Origin: an uncultured Dehalococcoidaceae bacterium
GTDB lineage: Bacteria > Chloroflexota > Dehalococcoidia > Dehalococcoidales > RBG-16-60-22
Length of the DNA: 64,000 bases
Reading direction: 5' to 3'
Assembly: GCA_964595455.1 (NCBI GenBank)
Contig: CAZQQL010000003.1
Location: 211 to 64,210, forward strand
A program made the translations under genes and the position numbers. This document shows, piece by piece, positions 16,681 through 25,288 of this stretch (positions are counted from its first letter, which is position 1; each line of letters starts with the position of its first letter). Under the pieces are notes generated by a model. That model had not been told where the DNA came from. It was given only the letters and a program-made list of their open reading frames with translations, and made no database searches.

Positions 16681-17520
16681 TCAAGGTTTTTGGTCATCCT
16701 CTAGTAGGTCCAGCCCAATATCGGCATGCCCAGTTTTCGGTTCGACGATGACTGATTCTCTCTCTATGCGAGGTCTCGACATGAAACCAGTTACGGCAAC
16801 TATATTTTCTATGGGTCTGCGTAGCCTTCTTACAAGAGAACTAACGGTATCAAAGTCTTGCGTATCTATGGCTTCAACGAGTCTAGTGTAAGTTCGCCTA
16901 AGTTCTTGTACTGATAAAGGGCTAATCTCGTTTGTTATATGCTCATTCCGTCTGGTAGTACTAAGTCTCGTAAGGGATAGAATCTCTTCTATTAACTCTC
17001 TTTCAGTTCTTAAGGCACCATCTGGCCGCTCTCGTCCTTTTTTTAAGATAGTACCGATGGCATTTTCAAGTTTTGGCCACCACATTTCATATACTTCAGT
17101 CAGTACCGTATCATCAAGTTTTTGTTCCGCGCAAGCCGCATTGATCGTCTTTATCAGTTTATAAAAATCCTCTTTATTGAAGCAGGTTGCTTGGAATTGG
17201 ACTAAAGGACCAACTAGATCAGTGTTCTCTAACCCAAATAAAACCGGGCATATTCTGGCTTTTTCCAATTGTTTGGATAACGCTCCAGATTCGAACAATA
17301 TCCATGGACTAGACAAATTTTCTCTTGTTAAAATAATTATTCCAACTTGAGATTCCTGTAATTCTCTTGATATCTCACTTGCCCATCTTGTACCTTTTTC
17401 AACATCATCTGGAGTAAAGTATGGTTTTACGTTTTGAAGAACCCCCGGAATCCATTTTTTTACAACTTCACCAAGTTCTTTACTGAGAGTCCCGGACCAA
17501 CTAATAAAAATCTTGATCAT
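16681..17520 (-). CDS. TIR/TIR-like domain protein with an uncharacterised helical C-terminal region
   Basis: N-terminal region KIFISWSGTLSKELGEVVKKWIPGVLQNVKPYFTPDDVEKGTRWASEISRELQESQVGIIILTRENLSSPWILFESGAL. AT-rich islet. The start is taken at MIKIF (17520). The family call is from motif recognition only. Confidence 0.6.
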   Translation of the reverse strand: MIKIFISWSGTLSKELGEVVKKWIPGVLQNVKPYFTPDDVEKGTRWASEISRELQESQVGIIILTRENLSSPWILFESGALSKQLEKARICPVLFGLENTDLVGPLVQFQATCFNKEDFYKLIKTINAACAEQKLDDTVLTEVYEMWWPKLENAIGTILKKGRERPDGALRTERELIEEILSLTRLSTTRRNEHITNEISPLSVQELRRTYTRLVEAIDTQDFDTVSSLVRRLRRPIENIVAVTGFMSRPRIERESVIVEPKTGHADIGLDLLEDDQKP

Positions 17521-17692
17521 GATTACTTTTCCCCAATCGATTAACAAATTAGTCTAAAACAAATTCGGTATGTTTGTCAATAATTGTTAATAATTCACTT
17601 TAACCATAAACCTCGAATTTTACAGCCTTTAGTCCCATATCGAGAATGCTCTGTTCTTGACAAACCCCATACTACCCTATACGCTTAAGTAT

Positions 17693-17962
17693 GAGGTCGT
17701 GCTAGACGGGGAGTTAGCGGTGCCCTGTACCTGAAACCCGCTATAGCAGGGTCGAATTCCCGCTTGAGGCTCTCATCTGGTAGGACTGCTAACGGTAAGC
17801 AGCGTTGAAGGCTGGGTCCTGCGCGGCGGAACGCCGTGAACCCCGTCAGGTCTGAGAGGAAGCAGCGGTAAACGGATAATTCCGGGTGCCGCAGGGTTGC
17901 CTGGCTGGAGCCGGCTGCCGGAGGCAAGCTGGTTGGTGGTGTCGAGAGTGGGTGCACGGCCT
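17693..17962 (+). ncRNA. ffs: Signal recognition particle RNA, long (Bacillus-type, with Alu domain)
   Basis: Domain IV motif GTCAGGTCTGAGAGGAAGCAGC at 17845-17866. The 5' block GTGCTAGACGGGGAGTTAGCGGTGCCCTGTACCTGAAACCCGCTATAGCAGGGTCGAAT and the 3' block GTGCCGCAGGGTTGCCTGG closely parallel the B. subtilis scRNA as I recall it. The 5' end GAGGTCGTGC pairs with the 3' end GCACGGCCTC. Confidence 0.9.
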
Positions 17963-17972
17963 CTTTATTGAA

Positions 17973-18899
17973 ATGGATAACAGCCCGGAAGGCGTCCCTA
18001 CTTCCCTCCTCACACAAACGAAGAAGCTGCTCCGCCGGTTCGGCCTGCGACCCCGGAAAGGCCTGGGCCAGCATTTCCTCATCGATGCCGATGTCCTGAA
18101 CGGCATCGTCGCCGCGGCTGACCTGAAAAAGTCCGATACGGTCATCGAGGTCGGTCCCGGCCTCGGCATCATGACGGATGAACTGGCGGCCCGCGCCGGC
18201 TGGGTCATCGCCATCGAACTGGATACCAACCTGGCTACCATGCTCCAGACCTCCCTCACCCATGATAACGTCGTCATCCTCAACGGGGACATCCTGGGCA
18301 TGGAACCGGGCAGGCTTTTCGAATCGCACGCGGCGCAAATACCGCTGAACATGGCTTCCTACAAGGTCGTGGCCAACCTGCCGTACTACATCACCTCGCC
18401 GGTGCTGCGGCACTTCCTGGAAGCCTCGACACGTCCTGATGTCATGGTCGTTATGATCCAGAAGGAAGTTGCGGAAACGGTCTGCGCCGGGTCGGGCAAA
18501 CGGACGCTGCTCAGTATCGCCGTCCAGGTCTACGGGAAACCGGAGATCATCATGACGGTACCGCCGCAAGCGTTCTTCCCGGCGCCGGACGTAGCTTCGG
18601 CGGTGGTGAGGATAGAAGTGTATCGCGAACCGGCGGTGGATATCGGGGACGGCGAGGCGTTTTTCCGGCTCGTGAGGGCGGGCTTTTCCGCGCCGCGCAA
18701 ACAGCTTCTCAATTCGCTGTCCAGCGGCCTGTCCTTTACCCGGGAACAGACCGCAGCGCTGCTGAAGGCAGCAAACATCAACCCGACCCGCCGTGCCGGC
18801 GCCCTGGAACTGGAAGAATGGGCTCAACTGTTGAAAATACTGAACGATAAGGAAATGGACTGGCTCTATGCTGACGCTCAAAGCCCCCGCCAAGATTAA
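17973..18899 (+). CDS. rsmA: 16S rRNA (adenine1518/1519-N6) dimethyltransferase
   Basis: Block GQHFLID and the SAM motif VIEVGPGLG. The start is taken at MDNSPEG (17973), just after the SRP RNA. The track start at 17886 lies inside ffs. Confidence 0.92.
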   Translation: MDNSPEGVPTSLLTQTKKLLRRFGLRPRKGLGQHFLIDADVLNGIVAAADLKKSDTVIEVGPGLGIMTDELAARAGWVIAIELDTNLATMLQTSLTHDNVVILNGDILGMEPGRLFESHAAQIPLNMASYKVVANLPYYITSPVLRHFLEASTRPDVMVVMIQKEVAETVCAGSGKRTLLSIAVQVYGKPEIIMTVPPQAFFPAPDVASAVVRIEVYREPAVDIGDGEAFFRLVRAGFSAPRKQLLNSLSSGLSFTREQTAALLKAANINPTRRAGALELEEWAQLLKILNDKEMDWLYADAQSPRQD

Positions 18900-19713
18900 C
18901 CTGACACTGGAAGTCCTCGGTAAGCGCCCGGACGGTTACCACGAGATACGCACTGTCATGCAGACAGTGGGAATGTACGATACGCTCCATTTTGAAACAG
19001 CGAAAAAAGTGCTGATTACCAGCAACCAGGCCGACTGGAAACCGGAGAGCAGCCTGGTCTCCAGGGCCATCCAGTCCGTCAAGGAAGCAACGAAATACAA
19101 AAAGGGCGTCGCGCTCCACATCGAGAAGCGTATCCCGCTGCTGTCCGGCCTGGGCGGAGATTCCAGCGACGCCGCCACGGTCATCCGCGGCCTCATGCAG
19201 CTCTGGAGCCTCAACCTGGATAATGACACGGTCATCGATATCGCGGGGAAACTCGGCTCGGATGTTACCTTTTTCCTGGACGGCGGCACCGCGCTGGGCG
19301 AGGGGCGCGGCGACCAGATCACACCCCTGCCGCCGATGGCCCGCCAGTGGGCGGTCCTGATGCTGCCGGAAGTGCCCGTGGAACCGGGCAAGACGGCGCT
19401 CATGTACAACAGCCTCAAGCCGAAACACTTTACCGACGGCCAGACCACGCGCCGGCTCGTTGAAGCCCTTATCACCGGCCTCAGGTTCCGCCCGACGATG
19501 CTCGTCAATACCTTCGACAATATAGCTTTCAACCCCGATTCCATCCTCAGCATGTACCGGGAACGCATCCTCGATCTCGGGGCACAGCATGTCCACGTCT
19601 GCGGCTCGGGGCCGTCCCTGTACAGCCTTTACGAAGACAAGGCCGCCGCTGACGACCTCGCGGTCAAGTGCCAGAACCAGGGACTCAAGACCTACGTGGT
19701 AGCGACGGTATAA
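18868..19713 (+). CDS. ispE: 4-diphosphocytidyl-2-C-methyl-D-erythritol kinase
   Basis: Blocks KAPAKINLTLEV and the GHMP motif IPLLSGLGGDSSDAA. Overlaps the rsmA 3' end by 32 nt. Confidence 0.92.
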   Translation: MLTLKAPAKINLTLEVLGKRPDGYHEIRTVMQTVGMYDTLHFETAKKVLITSNQADWKPESSLVSRAIQSVKEATKYKKGVALHIEKRIPLLSGLGGDSSDAATVIRGLMQLWSLNLDNDTVIDIAGKLGSDVTFFLDGGTALGEGRGDQITPLPPMARQWAVLMLPEVPVEPGKTALMYNSLKPKHFTDGQTTRRLVEALITGLRFRPTMLVNTFDNIAFNPDSILSMYRERILDLGAQHVHVCGSGPSLYSLYEDKAAADDLAVKCQNQGLKTYVVATV

Positions 19714-19749
19714 GATTCAAGTCAAAAGTTAAAAACTTCCATGGCCTGG

Positions 19750-19856
19750 GAAAATCTCCCTTTATCCCTCCCCGTGTCAAGCACGGGGCAGGCTCTAAAG
19801 GAGGGACAATTGATCGTGCTCCACAACCAGTAACGGGTTCACTATCGTCTTCCTAA
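19750..19856. repeat. ~100-nt intergenic repeat element (copy 1 of 2)
   Basis: GGGACAATTGATCGTGCT (19803-19820) matches 47436-47453 at 16 of 18 nt. CACTATCGTCTTCCT (19840-19854) matches 47480-47494 at 15 of 15 nt. A C-rich/T-rich hairpin block precedes it. Confidence 0.7.
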
Positions 19857-19909
19857 TGGGTAGATTTCTGGCTACCCTTTTTCTTTTAAAATCCCTTACA
19901 ATGTGAACG

Positions 19910-20725
19910 ATGAATGACACCACTGTGGAGAATTGCAGGTCGTACGGGAATCCTCCTCATACGATTGCCCTGCTGCACGGCGGTCCCGGCGCGCCCGGCG
20001 AAATGGCCCCGGTAGCACGGGAACTCTCTGCAATGACCGGCGTGCTCGAGCCGCTTCAGACCAGAGACACTATCGATGGCCAGGTGGAGGAACTGCGGGA
20101 AGTCCTGGCATCCAGCGCCAGCCTGCCCGTCATAATCGCCGGGTATTCCTGGGGAGCCTGGCTCGGGCTGCTATTCACCGTCCGCCATCCGGACATGGTA
20201 CGGAAGCTGGTCCTGATTAGCTCCGGCCCGTTCGAGGCACGTTATGCGGAGGAAATGTTCGCTGTCCGCCTTTCGCGATTCCGTGAAAATGAGCGCACCG
20301 AAGTCCTGGAGCTTATCGAAAAGATCCGTGACCCCGCCCTCCGCGATAACGGCTCGCCGATAACCAGGCTTGGGGCATTGTTCGACAAGGCCGATACTTA
20401 CGAAGCCCTGTCCGTTCCCCACGAAGGCTCCGGCTTTGACCAGCGCATCTATGACGGCATCTGGCCGGAAGCGGAAAGACTGCGGGCGTCCGGACAACTG
20501 CTGGCGATGGCATCCGGTATAAGATGCCCGGTCGTCGCCATCCACGGCGATTATGATCCCCATCCCGCCGAGGGTGTGCGCGTACCGCTTTCCCGAGTCG
20601 TACCGGATTTCCGCTTCCTTCTTCTGCTGAAGTGCGGGCATACGCCCTGGCGCGAGCGGTATGCACATGATGAATTCTACCGGATACTGAAGGAGAACAT
20701 CACCAATGACGCTGATCACGATTGA
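19910..20725 (+). CDS. Alpha/beta-fold hydrolase
   Basis: 271 aa with blocks LLHGGPG, nucleophile elbow GYSWGA, and a distal GHTPW. Confidence 0.75.
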   Translation: MNDTTVENCRSYGNPPHTIALLHGGPGAPGEMAPVARELSAMTGVLEPLQTRDTIDGQVEELREVLASSASLPVIIAGYSWGAWLGLLFTVRHPDMVRKLVLISSGPFEARYAEEMFAVRLSRFRENERTEVLELIEKIRDPALRDNGSPITRLGALFDKADTYEALSVPHEGSGFDQRIYDGIWPEAERLRASGQLLAMASGIRCPVVAIHGDYDPHPAEGVRVPLSRVVPDFRFLLLLKCGHTPWRERYAHDEFYRILKENITNDADHD

Positions 20726-21515
20726 CAAGGAAACCTGCACCAGATGCGGCCTCTGCACCATTCCCTGCCGGATGATCTACATGAGGGAAGGAAGCTATCC
20801 GCGCCAGCTCCCCGGGACCGATGAGTTCTGTATGCGCTGCGGGCATTGCGTGGGAATCTGCCCGACCGGCGCCCTGACGCACAGGGAAATGCCGCTCGAA
20901 GAGACCCCTCTCATCGACAAGTCCCTGCGGATCAGCTTTGAACAATGCGCCCAGCTTATCAAGAGCCGCCGTTCCATCCGGGAATACCGGGACGAGGACG
21001 TGCCGGATGAAGTCTTCGAGAAAATCATCGATGTCGCACGATACGCTCCTACCGGCCACAATTTTCAGGAAGTACAGTGGCTGGTGGTCAATAATCGTGA
21101 GAAGGTTCGGCAGATAGCCGCCATCGGTGCCCAATTCCTGCGGGACATGATGAAGAGCAATCCGGAGATGGCCCAGATGTTCGCCGGCATCATCCAGCAA
21201 CTTGACCTGGGTCGTGACATGTTTCTCCAGGGCGCCCCGGCGGTGGTCCTCACCTATGCCGAGGCGGAGAACTTAATCGCCCGGACGGACTGCGTTATCG
21301 CCATGTCATATTTCGACCTGGCAGCTACCACCATAGGCCTCGGCTGCTGCTGGGCCGGCTTCATGATGATGGCGTCTGTGTCTTATCCGGACATGGTGAA
21401 AGTCCTGGGGCTTCCGGAAGGGTACTCGCCCTTTGCTGCGCTGATGGTGGGCTATCCGCAGTACCGGTATACAAGGATACCGGCGCGCAAGCCGGGGCAG
21501 ATAACCTGGCTTTAG
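20706..21515 (+). CDS. Nitroreductase-family protein with N-terminal 2x[4Fe-4S] ferredoxin domain
   Basis: Cys clusters CTRCGLCTIPC and CMRCGHCVGICP, then RRSIREY...ARYAPTGHNFQ. Confidence 0.8.
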   Translation: MTLITIDKETCTRCGLCTIPCRMIYMREGSYPRQLPGTDEFCMRCGHCVGICPTGALTHREMPLEETPLIDKSLRISFEQCAQLIKSRRSIREYRDEDVPDEVFEKIIDVARYAPTGHNFQEVQWLVVNNREKVRQIAAIGAQFLRDMMKSNPEMAQMFAGIIQQLDLGRDMFLQGAPAVVLTYAEAENLIARTDCVIAMSYFDLAATTIGLGCCWAGFMMMASVSYPDMVKVLGLPEGYSPFAALMVGYPQYRYTRIPARKPGQITWL

Positions 21516-21577
21516 CCGCGAGACAAACAACGTTCCAATGCCGTATACTAACAGGAAAACGGGTTCGGGAGACGGAT

Positions 21578-22087
21578 ATGGCAAGATACAACACGGAAGA
21601 TAACCTCAAGGATGCTTTCGCGGGTGAGAGTGAAGCTAACCGGCGGTATACCTTCTACGCGGAAAAAGCGGAGAAAGACGGCTATGCACAAGTCGCCAGT
21701 CTGTTCCGTGCCGTCGCCAATGCGGAAACGGTGCATGCCAAGAACCATTTCACGGTGCTGGACGCTATCGGGAGTACCCAGGACAATCTCCTCGCCGCGG
21801 TGATGGGTGAATATAGCGAGTTCACCGGCATGTACCCGGAATTCATCGAGGACGCCCAGAAAGACCGTAACGCCCGCGCCGAAAAGAGCTTCGATTGGGC
21901 CAACAAGGTGGAACGGCTCCATCACGAGCTGTTCGAGAAGGCCCTGGAATCCGTCAAGGCCGGCAAGGACCCGGAAAACGCAGTCTATTACGTTTGCCAG
22001 GTCTGCGGCAATACCGTCACCGGGGAACCGCCGGAGGTTTGCCCGATCTGCGGCGCCAAACGTATAGCCTTCCATCTCATTGACTGA
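21578..22087 (+). CDS. rbr: Rubrerythrin (ferritin-like domain plus C-terminal rubredoxin-like CxxC...CxxC)
   Basis: Blocks NLKDAFAGESEANRRY, E..H pairs, and CQVCGN...CPICGA. Confidence 0.9.
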   Translation: MARYNTEDNLKDAFAGESEANRRYTFYAEKAEKDGYAQVASLFRAVANAETVHAKNHFTVLDAIGSTQDNLLAAVMGEYSEFTGMYPEFIEDAQKDRNARAEKSFDWANKVERLHHELFEKALESVKAGKDPENAVYYVCQVCGNTVTGEPPEVCPICGAKRIAFHLID

Positions 22088-22704
22088 TGACCGGCCGTCC
22101 GTTTTGGGAATCGACCTACCTGGATGACACTGTCGCGTCTTTCGGGGAGGGGCCGACGCGGGACGTGGCCGCGTTGTGGCCGCAGTTCGACCTCTCCTGG
22201 TCCGTCCTCGACGTCGGGTGCGGTGAAGGCCGGAACGCGATTTTCCTGGCCGGCAAGGGGATGAAAGTTGACGCATTCGATATTTCCGATGCGGGCATTG
22301 CCAAGTTCAAGCGGCTGGCGGACAGGGCCGGCGTCACCGTCACCACCTGGGTCCAGGACCTGACGAAGTTCCGGTTTGAACGGAACTACGACCTCATCCT
22401 GTCTCACGGCGTCCTGCACCTGGTAACGAGGGAGCAGTGGCTGGACTTTATCGGCCGGATGAAAGCCGCCACGAACCCCGGCGGTATGAACCTGGTCGGG
22501 GTCTTCACCAACCGCCTGCCCGCCGCTCCGGACATGGCAGCCGTCACCAAGGGGCTCTTCGATGAGGGCGATCTCGATGCCCTCTACTCCGAATGGGATA
22601 TTCTGGTTTCCAACAACTATCAGTTCAGAGACGAGCACCCCGGCGGTATCAGGCACCATCACGCCGCGGCCCATATCGCGGCCAGGAAACCATTAAGCCG
22701 GTAG
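22087..22704 (+). CDS. Class I SAM-dependent methyltransferase (TehB-like)
   Basis: Blocks VLDVGCGEGRNAIFLA and DLILSHGVLH. TGATGA junction with rbr. Confidence 0.75.
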   Translation: MTGRPFWESTYLDDTVASFGEGPTRDVAALWPQFDLSWSVLDVGCGEGRNAIFLAGKGMKVDAFDISDAGIAKFKRLADRAGVTVTTWVQDLTKFRFERNYDLILSHGVLHLVTREQWLDFIGRMKAATNPGGMNLVGVFTNRLPAAPDMAAVTKGLFDEGDLDALYSEWDILVSNNYQFRDEHPGGIRHHHAAAHIAARKPLSR

Positions 22705-22852
22705 TAAAAAAGAACTTCACCCTCGTCTTGCCTCTCGCGCCGAGGGAGAGGAATGACATAATCACAGTGAATTAGTGGATTTTGTGCTTCCCGGCTTCTT
22801 CTCACCAGCGCGAGAGAGGATGAAGGTCAGGGGGCAGTATACCGAGGCTTAC

Positions 22853-24112
22853 CTACTTCATCTCCAGCAGGCTTTTAACCAGCGTTTCTTCGTCCGCACG
22901 GCCGGTAACGCCGCCGTCCAGCCGCGCTTCCCGTAATGAGGCGAGTATCTTCTTGATAGCCGGGCCTTCCGCGATGCCCATCTGCTTCAGGTCTTCCCCG
23001 CTGAGCGCCGGTTTGACATGCCGGAGCACGTTCAGGTAGAGCTCCACCTGTTCGGCCACGGCGGTATCTGCGCAGAGTGAAGCCGCCATCAGCGCCGCGG
23101 GCTGGTAGCCGTGGAGTATGTCATAGACACGGCTTGGAGACAGGCCGGGCGTGGCGAGTTCTTCCAGCCGGTCCTGCACCGCCGCCGTCTGGCGGATGGC
23201 ATCCTGCTCGGCGCCGGTAAGATGCAGGTAGTTCACCGTTGCTTCCAGGGCAGCCGCCGGAAGCTGACATAACAGCAGCGACAGGTACAGGCCGGAGGGC
23301 AGGCCATCCCCGTAACGCCGGCGGGCGGTGTCGTACCGTGCCGCCAGGTCCTCGTTGAACATGAGAGCGGGGTTGATCTTCTCCAGAAGCCCCAAAAGCC
23401 CGGCCCGGCGCAGGGCGCGTTCCGGCTCGGCTTCTTTCAATACCAGTTCCAGTTCATGGCGGATGCGATCGCCGCTGACGGTCGCCAGCATCGGCAGGTC
23501 GCGTTCCAGCAGCAGCAGTGTCATGGGTTCGATGGCAAAACCGAGCCGCTGCTCGTACCGTACCGCCCGCCACATGCGCGTGGCGTCATCCGTAAAGCTC
23601 TTCTCATGCAGCACCCGGATGGACTTCTGCTTGAGGTCCCGGAGGCCGCCGTGAGGATCGATCACCTCGCCATAATGCTCGGGATCGATGGCCGCGGCCA
23701 TGGCATTGACGCTGAAATCGCGGCGGGCCAGGTCGTCCATGAGCGAACCGGGACTGACGTCCGGGAGCGCCCCCGGCTTGCGGTAGGTTTCCGACCTCGC
23801 GGTGACGAAGTCGAGGCTCTTGCTGTCCCATTTGATGGTAGCCGTGCCGAAACGGCGATGAGCCGTAACCTTGCCGCCCATATCACCGGTGAGCAGTTCC
23901 GCCAGCGCGATGGCGTCACCTTCCACGACGATATCGATGTCCAGCGTTCCCCGGCCGAGCAGCAGGTCACGGACGGCCCCGCCCACCAGGTACAGCGGTT
24001 CGCCGCGCCCGGCGGCGATCATCCCTGCCTTGCGGATGAAAGCGACGATGTCCGGCGGCAGGCGCTGTTCGATGAGCCTGGCCAGGTTCATATTGTTCGG
24101 CTCTGAATTCAT
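22853..24112 (-). CDS. cca: tRNA nucleotidyltransferase / poly(A) polymerase family (CCA-adding-like)
   Basis: Head-domain motif LVGGAVRDLLLGR..LDIDIVV, plus RRDFSVNAMA. The start is either 24112 (TATACT lies 5 nt upstream, possibly leaderless) or 24091. Confidence 0.8.
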   Translation of the reverse strand: MNSEPNNMNLARLIEQRLPPDIVAFIRKAGMIAAGRGEPLYLVGGAVRDLLLGRGTLDIDIVVEGDAIALAELLTGDMGGKVTAHRRFGTATIKWDSKSLDFVTARSETYRKPGALPDVSPGSLMDDLARRDFSVNAMAAAIDPEHYGEVIDPHGGLRDLKQKSIRVLHEKSFTDDATRMWRAVRYEQRLGFAIEPMTLLLLERDLPMLATVSGDRIRHELELVLKEAEPERALRRAGLLGLLEKINPALMFNEDLAARYDTARRRYGDGLPSGLYLSLLLCQLPAAALEATVNYLHLTGAEQDAIRQTAAVQDRLEELATPGLSPSRVYDILHGYQPAALMAASLCADTAVAEQVELYLNVLRHVKPALSGEDLKQMGIAEGPAIKKILASLREARLDGGVTGRADEETLVKSLLEMK

Positions 24113-24216
24113 ACCCCAGTATACCATATGGTGCAAGCTCGCCGAGCTATGCGGAAGACCACCTATTTGACATGGAAAAACTCCGTGCATCTCACGTATA
24201 ATGACGGAAAGAGATT

Positions 24217-24762
24217 ATGAACTACGTCATCAGTATCGTGGGTATGACCGGCTCCGGGAAATCAGAGGTCGCCCGTATGTTCCGGGAGCGCGGGTTTGTC
24301 TCCGTGCGCTTCGGGGACGTCACCGACGACGAATTGAAGAAGCAAGGCCTGCCGCTGACGGAGGCCAACGAGCGCCGCGCCCGGGAGAGCCTGCGCCGGG
24401 AGCACGGCATGGACGCTTACGCGAAGCTCAGCCTGCCGCGCATCGAGGAAGGGCTGCAAACGGCGAACGTCGTCGTGGACGGCCTTTATTCCTGGGAGGA
24501 ATATCTTTTTCTCAAGGGACACTTCGGGGACAGGCTCAAGGTCGTGGCGGTGTGGTCGTCGCCAGCGGTCCGGTACGAACGATTGGGCCGGCGCGAAATA
24601 CGCCCGCTGACCCCGGCCGAAGCCGCCTCAAGGGACCGGGCGGAAATAGAAAACCTCAACAAGGGCGGGCCCATCTGCATGGCCGACCATACCATCCTCA
24701 ATGACGGCGGCCTGGAAGCTATGAAGTCAGTGATAGAGAAAATCGTCCGGGGGTTGGCATGA
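24217..24762 (+). CDS. P-loop nucleotide/nucleoside kinase, UPF0200-like
   Basis: 181 aa. Walker A motif IVGMTGSGKS. The overall pattern resembles the archaeal UPF0200 / dephospho-CoA-kinase-like family (from memory). Confidence 0.65.
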   Translation: MNYVISIVGMTGSGKSEVARMFRERGFVSVRFGDVTDDELKKQGLPLTEANERRARESLRREHGMDAYAKLSLPRIEEGLQTANVVVDGLYSWEEYLFLKGHFGDRLKVVAVWSSPAVRYERLGRREIRPLTPAEAASRDRAEIENLNKGGPICMADHTILNDGGLEAMKSVIEKIVRGLA

Positions 24763-25244
24763 ACGAACTGCCGCGGCGTCCCAAGCTCGATGAGTACTTT
24801 CTCAAGCTCGCCTCCGTAGTGGCGGAGCGGTCCACCTGCCGCCGGCACCACATGGGGGCCATCGCCGTGCGGGACAAACATATCCTCGCCACCGGCTACA
24901 ACGGGGCGGCAGCGGGACTCAAGGACTGCCTGGAGCTTGGCTGTCTGCGGGACGAGCTGGGCATCCCGTCCGGCACCCGCCACGAGATCTGCCGCGCTAT
25001 CCACGCCGAGCAGAACGCCATCATCCAGGCGGCCCTCCACGGTGTCAGCCTGGAAGGCGCGACGATGTACTGCACACATACGCCCTGCATCCTCTGCGCC
25101 AAGATGATGGTCAATGCACGGATCGCCCGGTCCGTGTCCTTCGGGAAGTACCAGGACGACCAGTTCATCAAGCTGTTCGAGGAGGCCGGCATAGAAGTTT
25201 CTATACTGCCGCGGCCACCGGAGATTATTACGTTCCTGGACTAG
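24759..25244 (+). CDS. comEB: Deoxycytidylate (dCMP) deaminase
   Basis: Zinc motifs HAEQNAI and PCILCAKMM. ATGA overlap with the upstream kinase gene. Confidence 0.9.
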   Translation: MNELPRRPKLDEYFLKLASVVAERSTCRRHHMGAIAVRDKHILATGYNGAAAGLKDCLELGCLRDELGIPSGTRHEICRAIHAEQNAIIQAALHGVSLEGATMYCTHTPCILCAKMMVNARIARSVSFGKYQDDQFIKLFEEAGIEVSILPRPPEIITFLD

Positions 25245-25288
25245 GGTATCGGAAAGTCTGGGTATCACCAAATGCTCGGAGGGTAGAT

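Noticed and set aside
15932-17520. Metallophosphoesterase plus TIR considered as a two-gene system
   Set aside because: The genes are convergent and differ sharply in composition (host-GC versus AT-rich). The adjacency is best explained by islet insertion.
17685-18893. 402-aa minus-strand ORF, and the 5' part (17886-17972) of the 337-aa plus-strand ORF
   Set aside because: The minus-strand ORF is antisense to rsmA and runs through the SRP RNA gene. The plus-strand extension lies inside ffs. The rsmA start was moved to 17973.
22705-22852. Inverted CTCTCGCGC / GCGCGAGAG segments, also at 33945-33955, considered as a possible CRISPR or tRNA
   Set aside because: There is no regular repeat-spacer periodicity and no cloverleaf. 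They look like another REP-like palindromic spacer family.
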